From Hyaloraphidium curvatum SAG 235-1 (taxonomy: Eukaryota > Fungi > Monoblepharomycota): a stretch of 64,000 bases of DNA. The DNA lies in contig JAIVFI010000003.1 of the NCBI GenBank assembly GCA_025558095.1, positions 434,001 to 498,000 of the forward strand, written 5' to 3'. Of this stretch, positions 46,360 to 58,517 are shown one piece after another. Both the position numbers and the translations under genes were made by a program. Numbering within the stretch: the stretch's first letter is position 1; the number at the start of each line of letters is the position of its first letter. The notes beneath the pieces are model-generated. The model ran no database searches. It worked only from the letters and a program-made list of their open reading frames with translations, and was not told the DNA's origin.

Positions 46360-48360
46360 TCAAGGCTCCAACGGTCGCTGCCAGATCTTCAGTGCCCCTT
46401 GCCTGCAGCTCGTCACCAACGCGGTCTCTTGGAACTGAAGGGAGCACATCGGGTCGTTGTGCAGCACCTTCGACTGCCGATCGGACGTCAGCATACCGAA
46501 ATGACACGGAGTCGGCGCACACTCACGACTACAGGGTATATCACCGCCACCTCGCCGCGCGGAATCACGGGGTGGACGATCTCGTGCTTGCTTTCCGCTT
46601 GCTCGCCGCCCCTGACCTTCTTCATCGTCTGCACAGGAACTGTCAGCCGGGATTGCCGGATGCACGACCAAGAATACCTACTCCTCGTGGCCGGTGTAGA
46701 CTGTGCATGCCAAAATCCCAGAGACACAGCCTCGCATCCTCTCCCACGCTGCCGAATCGATACACGCGATCCGTGCACCGCCAGCGATCAAACTGCACGC
46801 TCGTCACCCAGCTCTGGTGACCCTGCGCCCGTGCAACCACGCGGCGCAACGGCAGGGAAAGGACCTCGATGAGGTCGTCCTGCCCTCCCGTGAGGAGGAA
46901 TTTGCCGTCCGGCGACCATGACAGCGTCGTGATGCCGCCAAAGTACGACGGAAACGTGTCCGAGAGCCTGCAGTGTGCATGTTGGTTGGCAGAACAGGTA
47001 GAGCGAGGAGGACAGCTCACCTCTCATTGACGTAGTCGACGATCTTGAGCGACCCGTCCATCGACGTTATTCCGACGTGCTGGCAGTCTGGCGAGAAGGA
47101 AATGGCGGTGATGGCCCTCTTCGACACCTTGTAGTAGACCACGGGATTTAGCGCGGCCATGGCCGGCGCCGGTGCTTGGGCTTTCGGTCCCGCGCTCTGC
47201 GGTGGGACGAAAACGGCGGGACCGGTGCCCTTTAAAGCCTTGAAAGTCCAGAAAACCGTGTTATATGGTGACGTCCCGGGGCCCTGCTGCCCCTGGGTCT
47301 CTTTTGCCAGCGCAGCCATCCTCTGCGCAATGTCGTCCTTTGGGAAAAAGTCCGGCGCCGGGTCCTCGCGCTCCTTGTCCCAGACAACCACGCTTCCGTC
47401 GTCGTATCCGGCCATGAACTGCGTTTCGGAGCCCGGCATCCACTTGATGCAGGTCACACCGGCACCGGGTGGAAGGATCGAGCCACGGTTATGTCGCGAG
47501 TACCGGCCGGATATCGGGCTGAGGCAAAGGATCTCCCCGGTGCTGAAACCTGGAGGTGGGATGACAGTCGGTCAGCCGGAAAAGCTGGGCAACGGTGCAA
47601 ATCTTAACGTACCGACGCAAATGTCCAGATTATCCCTCGTTATCACATTCACGTCGTGGCATGTGGGATAGGCCTCCTTCATGTATATGCAGGCAAGCGG
47701 GTCGCCGATCCTCTGTCCCTCGCTGCGCGCAACGAAGTCCAGCCACAAAATGACCTTGCCAATGTTGGCAAACAGGTACGTCGGCGGTACCGCCGATGCC
47801 GCGGGAGACGGCGTGGGCTGGAGGATCAGCCGAGGCAGGGCCTCGTGGGCAACGACCTTTGACACAAACTGGCTGAACGGCACCGAATTGGCGGGAGGCG
47901 TCGCCGATGCGCCTCCCGAGGGAGTTCCCGAGCTCGAGCCAGTCTTCCCTCCGCTGGAACCCGGCCGTCCGAGTTGGAGAGGTTTCCGCCTTTGGAGGGA
48001 AGGCGGACTGTCCTTGAAAAACACCATATAGCCCCGATCTCCCGAGCCCGGATCGCTCTGAATGGGCACCTCGGTAAAGCGTCCCGCCGAAGTGCCCGAC
48101 GCGGACGGGTTCGGGCTGTTGGCCTTGGAGCCGGACAGGGATGTCCCGAACTTGCTCAGCTGGCCGAACTGGGCCGGGTCCACATCCGCACCATCGGTGC
48201 CCGATGACAGGCTACCGCTGCCGCCCGGTGCGGCGAGGGTCACCATCGAAACCGAGGAGCCGATGAACGTGTTGGGCGAGAGGTCATAGCGGAGCTCATC
48301 CCGGAGACGCCACTCTCCCTCCGGAGAGAAGAACGAGGTTATAGGCTCAGGTCTCTGCAT
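46360..48360 (-). CDS. creC: WD40 protein WDR20/CreC (deubiquitinase cofactor)
   Basis: FFSPEGEWRL, PTCHDVN, VTCIKWMPGSETQF, SYFGGITTLSWSPDGKFLLTGGQDDL, GHQSWVTSVQFD, YRFGSVGEDARLCLWDF. Confidence 0.9.
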
Positions 48361-48493
48361 TCCATGAGCTATCGACGCGCTCCAAGATTCCGATGGGAAG
48401 GGAGCGGAGCGGAGGTCCTGAGGGCGTCCGCGGCGTTTCGTCGCCGGGCCCGATCACTCGCACGGAAACTGGTGGTGTCCTGTCCTCTTCCAT

Positions 48494-49930
48494 ATGCTGC
48501 GACTAACGCTTGTTAACAATGCGAGGCAGACGGAACGATGCGTCGTCTTGCTCAAAAACGCCGGATCCGGGGTTTCGCTTGCGGACGTGAAGGATTCGGC
48601 GAAGAAGAAGCTTCGGGTCAAGGCGACGCGCCTGTTCAACAAGGAAGGGAGGGAGCTACAGGCAGACGGCGATCTCGCTTCGTTGCAGAACGATGCGGTG
48701 GTCCTGGTCAGCGCCGGGGAGGACTTTGTCGGCCGCAGAGCAGTACCTGTGGAGGATGCTGTCCCACCGACTGTCGCGACGGTCACTCTCGTTGCGAAGC
48801 ACAGTTTTGTTCATGAGCAGGCCGTAGCTCAGCTGAACCAGACGTCTCTCTTGCCTGGCGTGGTTCTTGCGGCCGGCATGCCGGACCTACACCCGGGTAA
48901 CACGCACCCGATCGGCGCATCCTTTGCTTCCAGGGGAATGATCTACGCCGGCCTGGTCGGATCTGATATTGGGTGCGGGATGCTCTTGCGTACGACGTCC
49001 CTGCCGGCAACGAGCGATCCCCACCGCATTGCCCAGAAGCTGCATCTCGAGGGTCCCTATGGATCAGCGGAGCAGAGGATGCGGTGGATGTCGGACGCCG
49101 GGGTGGAAGCGACGGGCTTCGAGGAAAGCCTCGGAACAATTGGCGCAGGGAACCATTTCGCCGAGCTTCAGGCCGTGGAAAGGGTTTTGGACGAAGAATG
49201 CGTTCGCGAATCGGGAATCGACGGTGGCAAACTGTTGCTGCTGGTTCATTCCGGATCGCGTGGCTTCGGTCAGAGCATTCTGGACCGGCACGCGGCCCAG
49301 CATGGCAGCGCTGGCCTGGAAGTTGGAACTGCGGATGCGGATGCGTACCTCGCAGGCCACGAGAAAGCCATCCGCTGGGCTCGGGTGAACCGAGCGCTCA
49401 TTGCGCACCGCATAGAATCTGCCCTCGGGATCCAAGGTTCATCGACATCGCTGGACTCGTCGCGGAACGTGCTGGACGTCTGGCACAATCTGGTCGAGCC
49501 CAAGGAAGTCGCTGTATCTGGCGTGGAAGCGCTGCCTGAAACTCTCTGGATCCATCGCAAGGGTGCGGCACCGGCCGACAGGGGATTGGTCGTCATACCG
49601 GGCTCCCGTGGCACGTTCTCCTTTCTCGTCCAACCTATTGACGGACCCGCTGCGGTGCCGAGCTGCTACTCGTTGGCGCACGGGGCGGGCAGACTTCTGA
49701 CTCGGCACAAGGCCCTGGAAAAACTAGGCGACCTGGCGCGCAAGAAGGGCTTGGATCTTGAGCAAACGTCTTTGGGAAGTGTGGTGGTGTGCTCCGACAA
49801 GACCCTGCTCTACGAGGAAGCGCCCGAGGCGTACAAGGATTCGGATGCCGTGGTGAAGGACCTCGAAGAAGCCGGGCTGTGCCGAGTAGTTGCCGTCTTG
49901 CGGCCTGTAGTGACGTACAAGGTGCGGTAG
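48494..49930 (+). CDS. rtcB: RtcB-family RNA ligase (RtcB2 / release factor H-coupled type) with N-terminal ubiquitin-like (DCX/KHA-type) domain
   Basis: GMPDLHPG, VGSDIGCGM, LGTIGAGNHFAELQ, LLVHSGSRG, DVWHN, WIHRKGA, IPGSRG, SLAHGAGR, EEAPEAYKD. Intronless, 478 aa. Confidence 0.93.
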   Translation: MLRLTLVNNARQTERCVVLLKNAGSGVSLADVKDSAKKKLRVKATRLFNKEGRELQADGDLASLQNDAVVLVSAGEDFVGRRAVPVEDAVPPTVATVTLVAKHSFVHEQAVAQLNQTSLLPGVVLAAGMPDLHPGNTHPIGASFASRGMIYAGLVGSDIGCGMLLRTTSLPATSDPHRIAQKLHLEGPYGSAEQRMRWMSDAGVEATGFEESLGTIGAGNHFAELQAVERVLDEECVRESGIDGGKLLLLVHSGSRGFGQSILDRHAAQHGSAGLEVGTADADAYLAGHEKAIRWARVNRALIAHRIESALGIQGSSTSLDSSRNVLDVWHNLVEPKEVAVSGVEALPETLWIHRKGAAPADRGLVVIPGSRGTFSFLVQPIDGPAAVPSCYSLAHGAGRLLTRHKALEKLGDLARKKGLDLEQTSLGSVVVCSDKTLLYEEAPEAYKDSDAVVKDLEEAGLCRVVAVLRPVVTYKVR

Positions 49931-50175
49931 AGAGCGACGCGAAGAGATTGGGCGGCACTTGCGGTTGATGGCGTTGGTTCAAGCTTCCGCGTGCAAACAA
50001 GTGCCCCGACTCTTCGCTGAACCCACCGCTCCACTGTCTGTCTGGCGCGGCAGGACCGAGCCAACGACTCTGCATCGCGGCTTTCGTGGTCCCTGGGGCC
50101 TGCACAGTGACCGCTGAGTCCGGAAGGCAAGTCCGCGGCCGTTCGCTCTCCGTGTTTGCTCCAACCGTCGGCCCC

Positions 50176-51318
50176 ATGTCGCGCCACTTCCTGCAGCCAG
50201 CTACCTCGAATTCCACCGAGAAAAACGCGCATCAGATCCTCACGATGTCTTACGGTGCCACGACGGAGATGGGGGCGCAGGACGTTGCCGGCGCACCGCC
50301 GCAGAAGCGCTGGCTGTCCAAGCGTCTCTCCATGCTCTTCCCGAGCCAGGCGACGCTTCCCGGGGATTCTTCTCAGCGCTCGCTGCAGAGGCTGCCATCG
50401 GTGCCTGCGATACAGAGCCGCGCTGCCGTCGCGCCTGCGCCGCGCGAGGAGCGGGCCGCTGGGGTTTCGCCCGCGGACATGTTTGCGGCTTCGCTGGGCC
50501 TCAAGCAGGTCCACGAGCGAAAGGTCGTCGTCATTGGCAGCGCTGGCGCCGGCAAGACGACACTGCTCAGCGTCTACGTGACGGGCAAACAACCCGAATC
50601 GTACATCCCCACCATCTTCGAGACCACCAACACCCGCGTGGACATTGATGGGCACCAAATCAAGGTCTCGCTTTGGGACACGGCTGGTTGGTTGCAGGTC
50701 GATTCTCGACGGGTAATCGCTTTGACACATGCCAACTTAGGTCAGGAGGAATACGCCCGGATCCGCGCACTTTGCTACTCGAATGCGAGCGTCATACTGT
50801 GTTGTTTCCCCGTCAACAACAAGGATGCTTACCGCGAGGCTGAATTCCACGTGCGTGTCGGCTGCTTCTCCCCGTTCTGGCCCGAGTGCTAACTTCCGTT
50901 TCGCAGTGGATCCCCGAAGCCCGGCATTTTTGCCCCGACACCCCGATCATCCTCGTTGGAACGAAAGCCGACACGAGGCAGCCGAGGAGCGAGGAAAACG
51001 ACGCAGCGGACGCTCAGAGCATCTCGTCGGATGATTCTTCGGTTTTTGTGCACTTCGACGAGGTAGGGCAGCTCGTTTCGCGCAGATTTGCAGCATCTCA
51101 CAAGATTCTGCCAGGGATCGGCGATGAGGGACCGTCTGGGCTTGCACTCCTACATGGAGTGCTCCTCCAGCACGGGCTTCCATGTGCGGGAACTGTTCGA
51201 CGGAGCAATTCGGGCGAGCCTGGTGGGACCGGCCGTCGACGGGTTTTCCTCCAGGTCTGCCCCTGGCAGCCCCGTCAAAGGCGGTCGGAAGAAGGCCCGG
51301 GACTGCAAGATCCTTTGA
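50176..51318 (+). CDS. Rho-family small GTPase with N-terminal extension and CAAX box
   Basis: KVVVIGSAGAGKT, YIPTIFE, LWDTA|GQEEY, LVGTKAD, YMECSS, C-terminal RKKARDCKIL*. Start codon uncertain. Confidence 0.88.
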
Positions 51319-51455
51319 TCTTGTTGTAGAGCAGGACACACGGAGCGAAGCGCGACAGAGATGATGTATCGACATATTGTCTAGTTTTTTCTTCTTTGAT
51401 CATCCAGAATACAGGGGTATCATATTTCAGCAAGCCGTGGGGCAGCAGAGCGCCA

Positions 51456-52113
51456 TTATTGCAGGGCCCATTCGCTCTTGCCCATGTTTGGCGACCATTG
51501 AGAATACGGATTATCGTCCAAAATCCTCTCCCGAGATATCGCGTGCACGTGGAACACGCCCGGAACGGTCCTTCGCGGAGACGGGTTCTCGAAAAGCAGC
51601 AATTCGAAGCCTTCCGGGGGGAAGTGGTGCTTCAGGATGTCCAGGGTCTCGGCGAGTTGCAAGTGCCTGGTAGACCACACGACCCAATGTGTCGCCTCCG
51701 GGGGGACGAAGTACGGGAAATTGTTCCTTCTGAGCACGGGTTGCGCCGTAGCAGCTGAAGGAAGGGGCGGCAGAGCGACGAACCGTCCGCAGTCGTCCAT
51801 AGACCCCGCGTACCCGAACACGTCGATCTTGATGTAGTCCTCGACGGTGCGATACTGGTTGGCCCCGAGTCAGAGAAAGTGGGCCCGCCTGCGGGGACGT
51901 TTGACACCGCACCTCCTGCCGACACCACCGCGCCCAGAGCGCATATCGCCGAGCTACGTCCTCATTTCGCACAAGCCTGTTGTAGTCCCCCGAAGTAATG
52001 ATCTCGGCGAGCTCGCTCCAGGAGTGCCCAGAAGTGCTCCAACTGCCCAGTTCCTCGGGACTCAGGTCGGCCGCCTCGAAGCTATCGTCGAATCTCGGTG
52101 GCACCGCTGCCAT
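51456..52113 (-). CDS. DUF3605 / GIG1-like (N-acetylglucosamine-induced) protein
   Basis: SWSELAEII....L.R, LRRNNFPYFVP...HWVVWS, FENP..RRTVPGVFHVH. One intron. Confidence 0.8.
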
Positions 52114-52387
52114 CGCGATCTCCAACCGCAGCAACCTCTCTGAGTGGCTTGTATATGCCCTGAAGCTCAAAAGTGCTCCGAGCAGGTAGATACGACATAC
52201 TACGGAAGGTGCCCTCTCAGAGACCGACAAGTAGGGCCATATTTTTGCGCACGGAACGCGGCACCTTGACTGGTTGCTCGCGAGCCTCTGGAGCCCTCTG
52301 GAGGCACAAATCGGCTCGATCAGGAGGCGATTTCGGGGTCCAGTGCGCGTGGATCCGCGGACCCGCTGTGTTTGAAGCCCTTGCGCG

Positions 52388-54882
52388 ATGGCGGCGTCGC
52401 AGTTCACCTGTGGGTTTCCCCCGGCATCGCTGCTTGTGCCGCTACGGGAGGCTCACTCGAACCGTCTTTCGATCGTTCTGAATTGAATTGGGGATCTCGT
52501 GGCGACTGTGCGCTCGCAAGATCGCTCCATTGCTGGGCTGACGGTGACCACGGGACCACCCACTGTGGGCATCGCGAGCGACTTTGAGCGGTACGAGCGG
52601 CCGAGTACGCTGCTCATTGGCAGCTTGACTGAGTTTATTGCCGCAGGCCGACCGGAAACATCCGGACGTTCGAGTACAGCCCGGATGGATCTTTGCTCGC
52701 TTGGACCTCCGCGGAAACGGTGCGAATCGTCAACGCGCAAAGCGGCGAGCATGTCCGGGACTTGACGACAAAGGGTGTGATGACCATTGGTGGGAGCCTC
52801 GGCACGATCTGGACGGCGCGACTCCTAACTCGGGCCAGGTTTCTCGCCCAATGGGACGTTCGTTTCGACGTGGGAGCGCTACGTGAAGCCGGAGGACGAG
52901 ACTGCGCAACATCGGAATCTGATCGTGTGGCGCGTATCCACCGGGGAGCAGGTGCTGTCCTTCACGATGAAGCAGCAGCAGCTCAACTGGAACGTCAAGT
53001 GGACCGACGACGAGAGGTTCTGCGGGCGGCTCCAGACCGGGGAGGTGCAGATCTACGACGCCTCGGATTTCGCCAAGGGAGTTCATTCGCGGCTGAAGCT
53101 GGAGGGCATCACCGATTTCGGCATCTCCCCCGGCGCGAATCCGCATGTGGCCGCGTTCGTCGGCGAGAAGAAGGGCCAGCCGGCCTCGATTGCGCTCTAC
53201 TCGCTCACCAACTTTGCCGCTCCCGTGAGCCGCAAGACTTTCTTCAAAGCCGAAAAGTCGCAGATGTTTTGGAATCAGCTAGGTCCGTGCATCCGCTGGG
53301 AACGTGCGTCGGCTGGCCTAACTTTAGCCCTCTAGGGACTGGACTGCTGCTTCTGACGCAGACCGAAGTGTCACAAGGGTCCTACTACGGAGATACTGCG
53401 CTGTACTACCTCGCGACTGCCGGCAACTTCGACTGCCGCGTGTCTCTCGACGAGGATGGCCCGGTCCACGACGTGGCTTGGTCGCCCAATTCCAAGGAGT
53501 TCATCGTCATCTACGGAAAGATGCCGGCAAAGACCACGCTCTTTGACCACCGCGCGGAGCCCATCTTCAACTTCCCCCGGAACCACCGCAACTTTGTGCG
53601 TTTCAACCCGCAGGGCCGCATCATCTGCACCGCAGGTTTCGGCAACTTGGCCGGGGACATGGACTTTTGGGACAGGAGCACGCTGACCAAGATCTGCACC
53701 GTTCACTGCCCGAATGCGACCTTTGCCGAATGGTGCCCCAACGGGCGCCACCTGCTCACCGCGACTCTGACCCCGCGGCTGCGCGTGGACAACGGCTTCC
53801 GCGTGTGGCATTATCGGGGGGTCGTGGTACACAAGGAGGACGTCAACGAGCTCTATGGCATCGAATGGAGGCCGGTTAAGAAGGTGGAGGCGTGGCCGGA
53901 AAAGCGGGAGCTCAGCCCCGCACCGGTTGGCCTCGAGGCAGCTGCATCGGGTGAGGCGCCGGCACCCAAAAAGCCCGCCGGACGCTACGTTCCCCCCGGC
54001 ATGCGCATGGCGCAGGCGAACGGGGCGGCCCCGCCGCAGTCTCCGTCATCCCCCAAGGGAGACGAGGCACTGCCGGGCCTGGCCGGATTGGAGGCGCGTT
54101 TGACCCGCCAAGGCGTCCTTGGAGCCCAGGATCCGTCTTTGGTCCCGGGCCTGCCTCCTGGATACCAGAAGACCGTGCCCGGAGCGCCGGACCAGCAGAC
54201 CAAAGCCCAGAAGAAGAACCAGAAGAAACATGCCCACGCGAAAACGGGCGCTGCTCCGGGACAAGACGGCAAGCCCCCAGCTGCCGACGGAGCCCAGGGG
54301 ACAACCGGTGCGGCGGACGCCAACGCTTCCGCTGGAGCCCGGCTACTTGCCCTCGTCCAATCCGGACAGCAGCTACCGCAGATGACCCAGGAACAGTACC
54401 TCGCGTACCAGCAACAGCAGTACGCAAACATGTACGGCGCGGGGCAGCCGTATGGCCCGCAGGTCTTTGCCGTTCCTGGCGCCCCGCAGCAGTACTACGT
54501 GCAGCACCAGGGCCAGTTTTACATGACGCAGCCTGGTTGGGTGCCGGAAAACCATGTCACTGCGGCTTCCTCGGGATACCCGAATCAGCAAGCGACACCC
54601 GCCCCTGCGGCACCCGTCGGAGCCGCCGCGCCAGCGGATGGCAATTTCCCCGAGTCTGAACGACAAAAGCGTCTTCGCACTCTGCAGAAAAAGATCCGCG
54701 AAATCGACGAGCTCAAGCAGAAGGTCGCGTCTGGACAAAAACTGGAGCTCACCCAGGTGCGTTCGCATCCTATCAGTGATGGCTCGCCATCCTGACCACT
54801 TGCTTCGCAGATCAAGAAGATTGATCGGGAGAAGGAATTCCAGAAAGAGTTACAGGACCTGATGGGCGGGATGGCGATTTGA
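52388..54882 (+). CDS. EIF2A: Eukaryotic translation initiation factor 2A
   Basis: SRKTFFKAE, SYYGDTALY, GPVHDVAWSPNSKEF, AGFGNLAGDMDFWD, TATLTPRLRVDNG, YVPPG, C-terminal KRLRTLQKKIREIDELK. Multi-exon. Confidence 0.94.
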
Positions 54883-54966
54883 AGGAGTGTGATCCATACC
54901 ATGCAAACCCGAAACAGATCTATTTCCTCCCCATGACGAAGCAGTTCTTCAACCGTGACCAGTCCA

Positions 54967-57900
54967 CTAGAGTGCAACGGAACCTCCAAACAACTCGATC
55001 AGATCCCGCAGAGTCAGCCTATTCGACTCGCCGCCCGTCCCGCGATCGTCTCCAAGCGTTCCACGGGCAAGGCGGCTCTTTCGTTCCTGCAGACGATAGA
55101 TTGTGTCTGAGGACAGTGAGTTTGATCGTCTTGGTTGCGGTGGCCCATCCCTTACCTTCAATCGTTCCAGTGATGGTTATCCGTGTGACTAGGACGTCTT
55201 CCTGTTGACGTGGATCGGTGCTGAGTTAGCCGCGAGACATCAGTGGGAGCCTTTTGCCCACCCGTTGCCCAATGCGGTGGATTCGGTCGATTGCTTGTTC
55301 TTCCGCGGCGGGATTGTACCAAACATCCACGAGGTAGGCCCTGCTCGCAGCGGTCACTGGCGAAAAGAAGCTCAGCAAAGCTCCTCAGGCATCCGGCGAC
55401 TACACACGATTCAAGCCTACGCCGCCAGCCTTCAGGCTCACGAGCAACACGAGCGTGCGCGGATCGCTGTTCAAGGATCGAATGGCGGAGTTCCTCTGTT
55501 CCGGAGTCATCTCGCCGTCGTATCTGTGGCAGAAACTCAAGTAGGGCCCGGGATTTCAATGTTGAGATGCGTACCGCGCGAAACCTATGCCGGCATCCTT
55601 GAGCGCCTTGCCGCAAAGGTCGAGCATCGACGTGAACGAGCTGAACACGATTGCTTTGCTGCCCGGCTTGGATTCCTGCTGCGCTCGGAGAAGTTGGAGC
55701 AGCCGTAGGATCTTCGCCCCGCATTGGGGGCCCTCCTGCAGGACCTTGCGGATGGCCGCCTCGTCCTGCTGGTCCTGCTTGCGTTCCTCCTCGTCCAGGG
55801 CAGCCTGCGTAGAGTCGGCGTCGGCGGGGACCGCAGGAGCGACGTAGAATGCCTCTGCCGACACCAGTTCGTTGGCCCTTGAGATTCACGTTAGCACGTT
55901 CGCGGCGCAGCCCAGGGGCCATGACGCACTTGATGGGCGTGAAGGAGCAGACGGGGCATCCCGAATCCTTGTTTGATTCGTCGTTGGCGTAGTTGGTGAT
56001 GCAATCCCGGCAAAACACGTGGCCGCAGCGCACGACCGTCGCCGCCTCGCACTGGTCCCGGCAGATCGGGCACGTGTCGGCGAACCTGTTCTTGCCGCCC
56101 GCTTCCGAGCGCTCGGCTTCCTTGCCGGCCCGCACGAGGCCCTCGAAGACCGCCTTGGGGAAGAGCTTGCGCGCGCGCTCGAGCTCCCGCGTGCGGTCCT
56201 GCTCCGTGACGTCGCCAAAGATCTTGGCCAACAGCTCGTCGTACGAGAGGCCCTCGTCGCCGAGGTCCTTCTTGGTGAAGTGCGCGCGGATGATGCGGTA
56301 GTCGTCCGCGGCCTGACGCTCGCGAAGGATGCGGACGAGCACCTGCGGATCCGACGAAGGTGAGTCCGCGGCCCGACGCACGACGATCATCAGCGCTCAC
56401 GTTGCTCCAGTTCCGCATCACCGTCCCGCGCTTCATGAGGCGCGCGAACATCCTCCGCGTGTTACGGGCGATGGCGTTGTAGAACCTGCGCTCGTCCTCC
56501 GAGAACTTGGCCTCGCTGTCCAGCACCACCGTCCTCCCGGGCAGATCCAGCAGTGGCTTGCCGAGCGGGCTGAGGTCCGTCTTGCGCCGGCGCAGGCAGT
56601 AGTCCCGCAGCACGCCGTGCAGCCTGGTCATGGCCTCGGCCGAGCGGCGGGTGGGGAGCAGCGAGGCGATCGAGCGGTCGAACGCCTCCTTGGTCGGAAA
56701 GTCCGGGACGCCGAGGAAGCGAAAGGGCGGGTACAGGTCCGAAACCGAATTCTGCAGCGGCGTGCCGCTCAGGCACCAGCGATGTCGTCCCTGGAGCTCC
56801 AGCACGGCGCGGGTCCGCTCGGCCGCGGGGTTCTTGACCCAATGGCTCTCGTCCAGGACGATGCGGTGGAACTCGACGCGGAACAGCGGCCCACTCTCGT
56901 TGGCGGGCTGCTCCTTGCGCGTGGCCTTCTTGGCCGGGCCCGCGCCGGCGGCGGGCTTGGCCGACTTGCGCGGATGCGGGCTCTCGCGCGTCACCATGTC
57001 GAAGGTGGTGAGGACGACGTCGTAGAGGGAGGTCATCTGGCCCGGGCTGAGCTTTTGACCCACGGTGGGGTGGTGCACGCCGACGCGAAGGGTGCCCTTG
57101 AAGGTCTTTTCCCGGATCTCGGTGTACCACTGGTTCAGCACGCCCAGAGGGCACACGACGAGCGTGGTCTTGGCCTTAGACGAAGGCGCCGGCGGGTTGG
57201 CCAGGATGAGGGCCAGTGCCTGGATCGTCTTGCCCAGGCCCATGTCATCGGCGAGGATCCCGCCCCCGCGGGTGGTCAGGAGCTCCTGCCGGAGCATCCA
57301 GCGCACCCCGCACACCTGGTGCGCGAGCAGCTGCACCTTGAGCCCCGGAGGCTGCAGGTCCACCAACTTGAGGTCCCTCCAGATGTCGAGGTCCTCCGTT
57401 TCGGCGGCCACGGGCGGGGTGCCCGCCGCCTGCTCGGAATCCTCGTCCTCGTCTGCGTCCAGATCCACGCTGATCGGCCGGGGCTTGAGTACCGTGCCGC
57501 TAGCCTCGCGCTCGGCGCGCTCCTTCCAGACCCGCTCCTTCAGCCGCTCGAAACACTCTTCCGGCGGCGCCGACTCGAAAACCAGCGGCACGGGATCAAT
57601 CCCCGCACCTGCTCCGACGATCGGTATGGGTATTGATGCGGGCCGTGGGGCCGGCGCGGGCGCGGGGGCGGCCTGGCCGTTCTGCGAGCTCGGCGGGAGG
57701 ACCACCCGGCGGGCGGCCCGGAGACGGTAACCTTGACGCCGCCAATGTCGATGAAGGACGTGGCGGGCTCATCGGGCTCATCGTCGTCCGAAAGGCTGAT
57801 GTAGCCGCCGCTACCGCGCTCGGGCGAGGCCATGCTGCTCGCCTCCAGCTCCGAGTTCGCCCCGTCCCCGCAGAGGTCCACCGTCGACAGCGAAGCCGGT

Positions 57901-58517
57901 TCGGGCGCAGGCTTGGCCTCCAACGCCGCACGCGATGCACTGCCAAAAGCGCTGCTCCCGCCGGCGTTGGAAGGACCCGCGCTCCGCGTCTGGTGGTCCA
58001 GCACGAAGTTCATTGCGCGCTCCAGCAGGCTCATTTCCTCCTCCACGCGCCTGCCCTCCGGCAGCGACATGAGGCGGTCGACCCCGTATACGCCGAGCAC
58101 TTTGCGCAGCGCGTCCTCCAGCAGAGATCTGTCGAACGGGCCGTCGTCCGCGTCCCCCACGCCCAGGAAGTCCCGCAGCCGGGGCAACAGCTGCTCCACC
58201 AGCTTCGCGTCGCCCGGGTGCCGCGCATCGTCGGGCTTGGCCTCGATGGGCAGCACCACCCGGCGCCGCTTGGCGGGCGGTTCCGCGGCACCGCCCTCGG
58301 CGACCCGCCTGCCGAACGCGTCGATCTTGCTCCCGTCCGCGGCCACCGCGCCGGGCGCGCCGTACGACTCGGTCTTTGCCGCCATCGTCTGCAGCCACGC
58401 CTTGGCGGACCGCGGCGACGCCTTCTTCGGCGTCTTTGCGGGCGTCTTTGCCGGCGACGGCGCGTCCGCCTTGGGCGGCGGCGGCTCGCCGGGCGCGTCC
58501 CTGTCCGGGCCGACCAT
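54967..58517 (-). CDS. SNF2-family helicase with RING finger (Rad5/Rad16/Uls1-like)
   Basis: [43 protein letters not shown]...CGHVFCRDC...[17 protein letters not shown]-terminal [11 protein letters not shown]. Confidence 0.92.

Noticed and set aside
23864-49930. RtcB ligase, NTase and methyltransferase as a clustered RNA-repair operon
   Set aside because: They are separated by many unrelated housekeeping genes over >20 kb, so there is no evidence of linkage.
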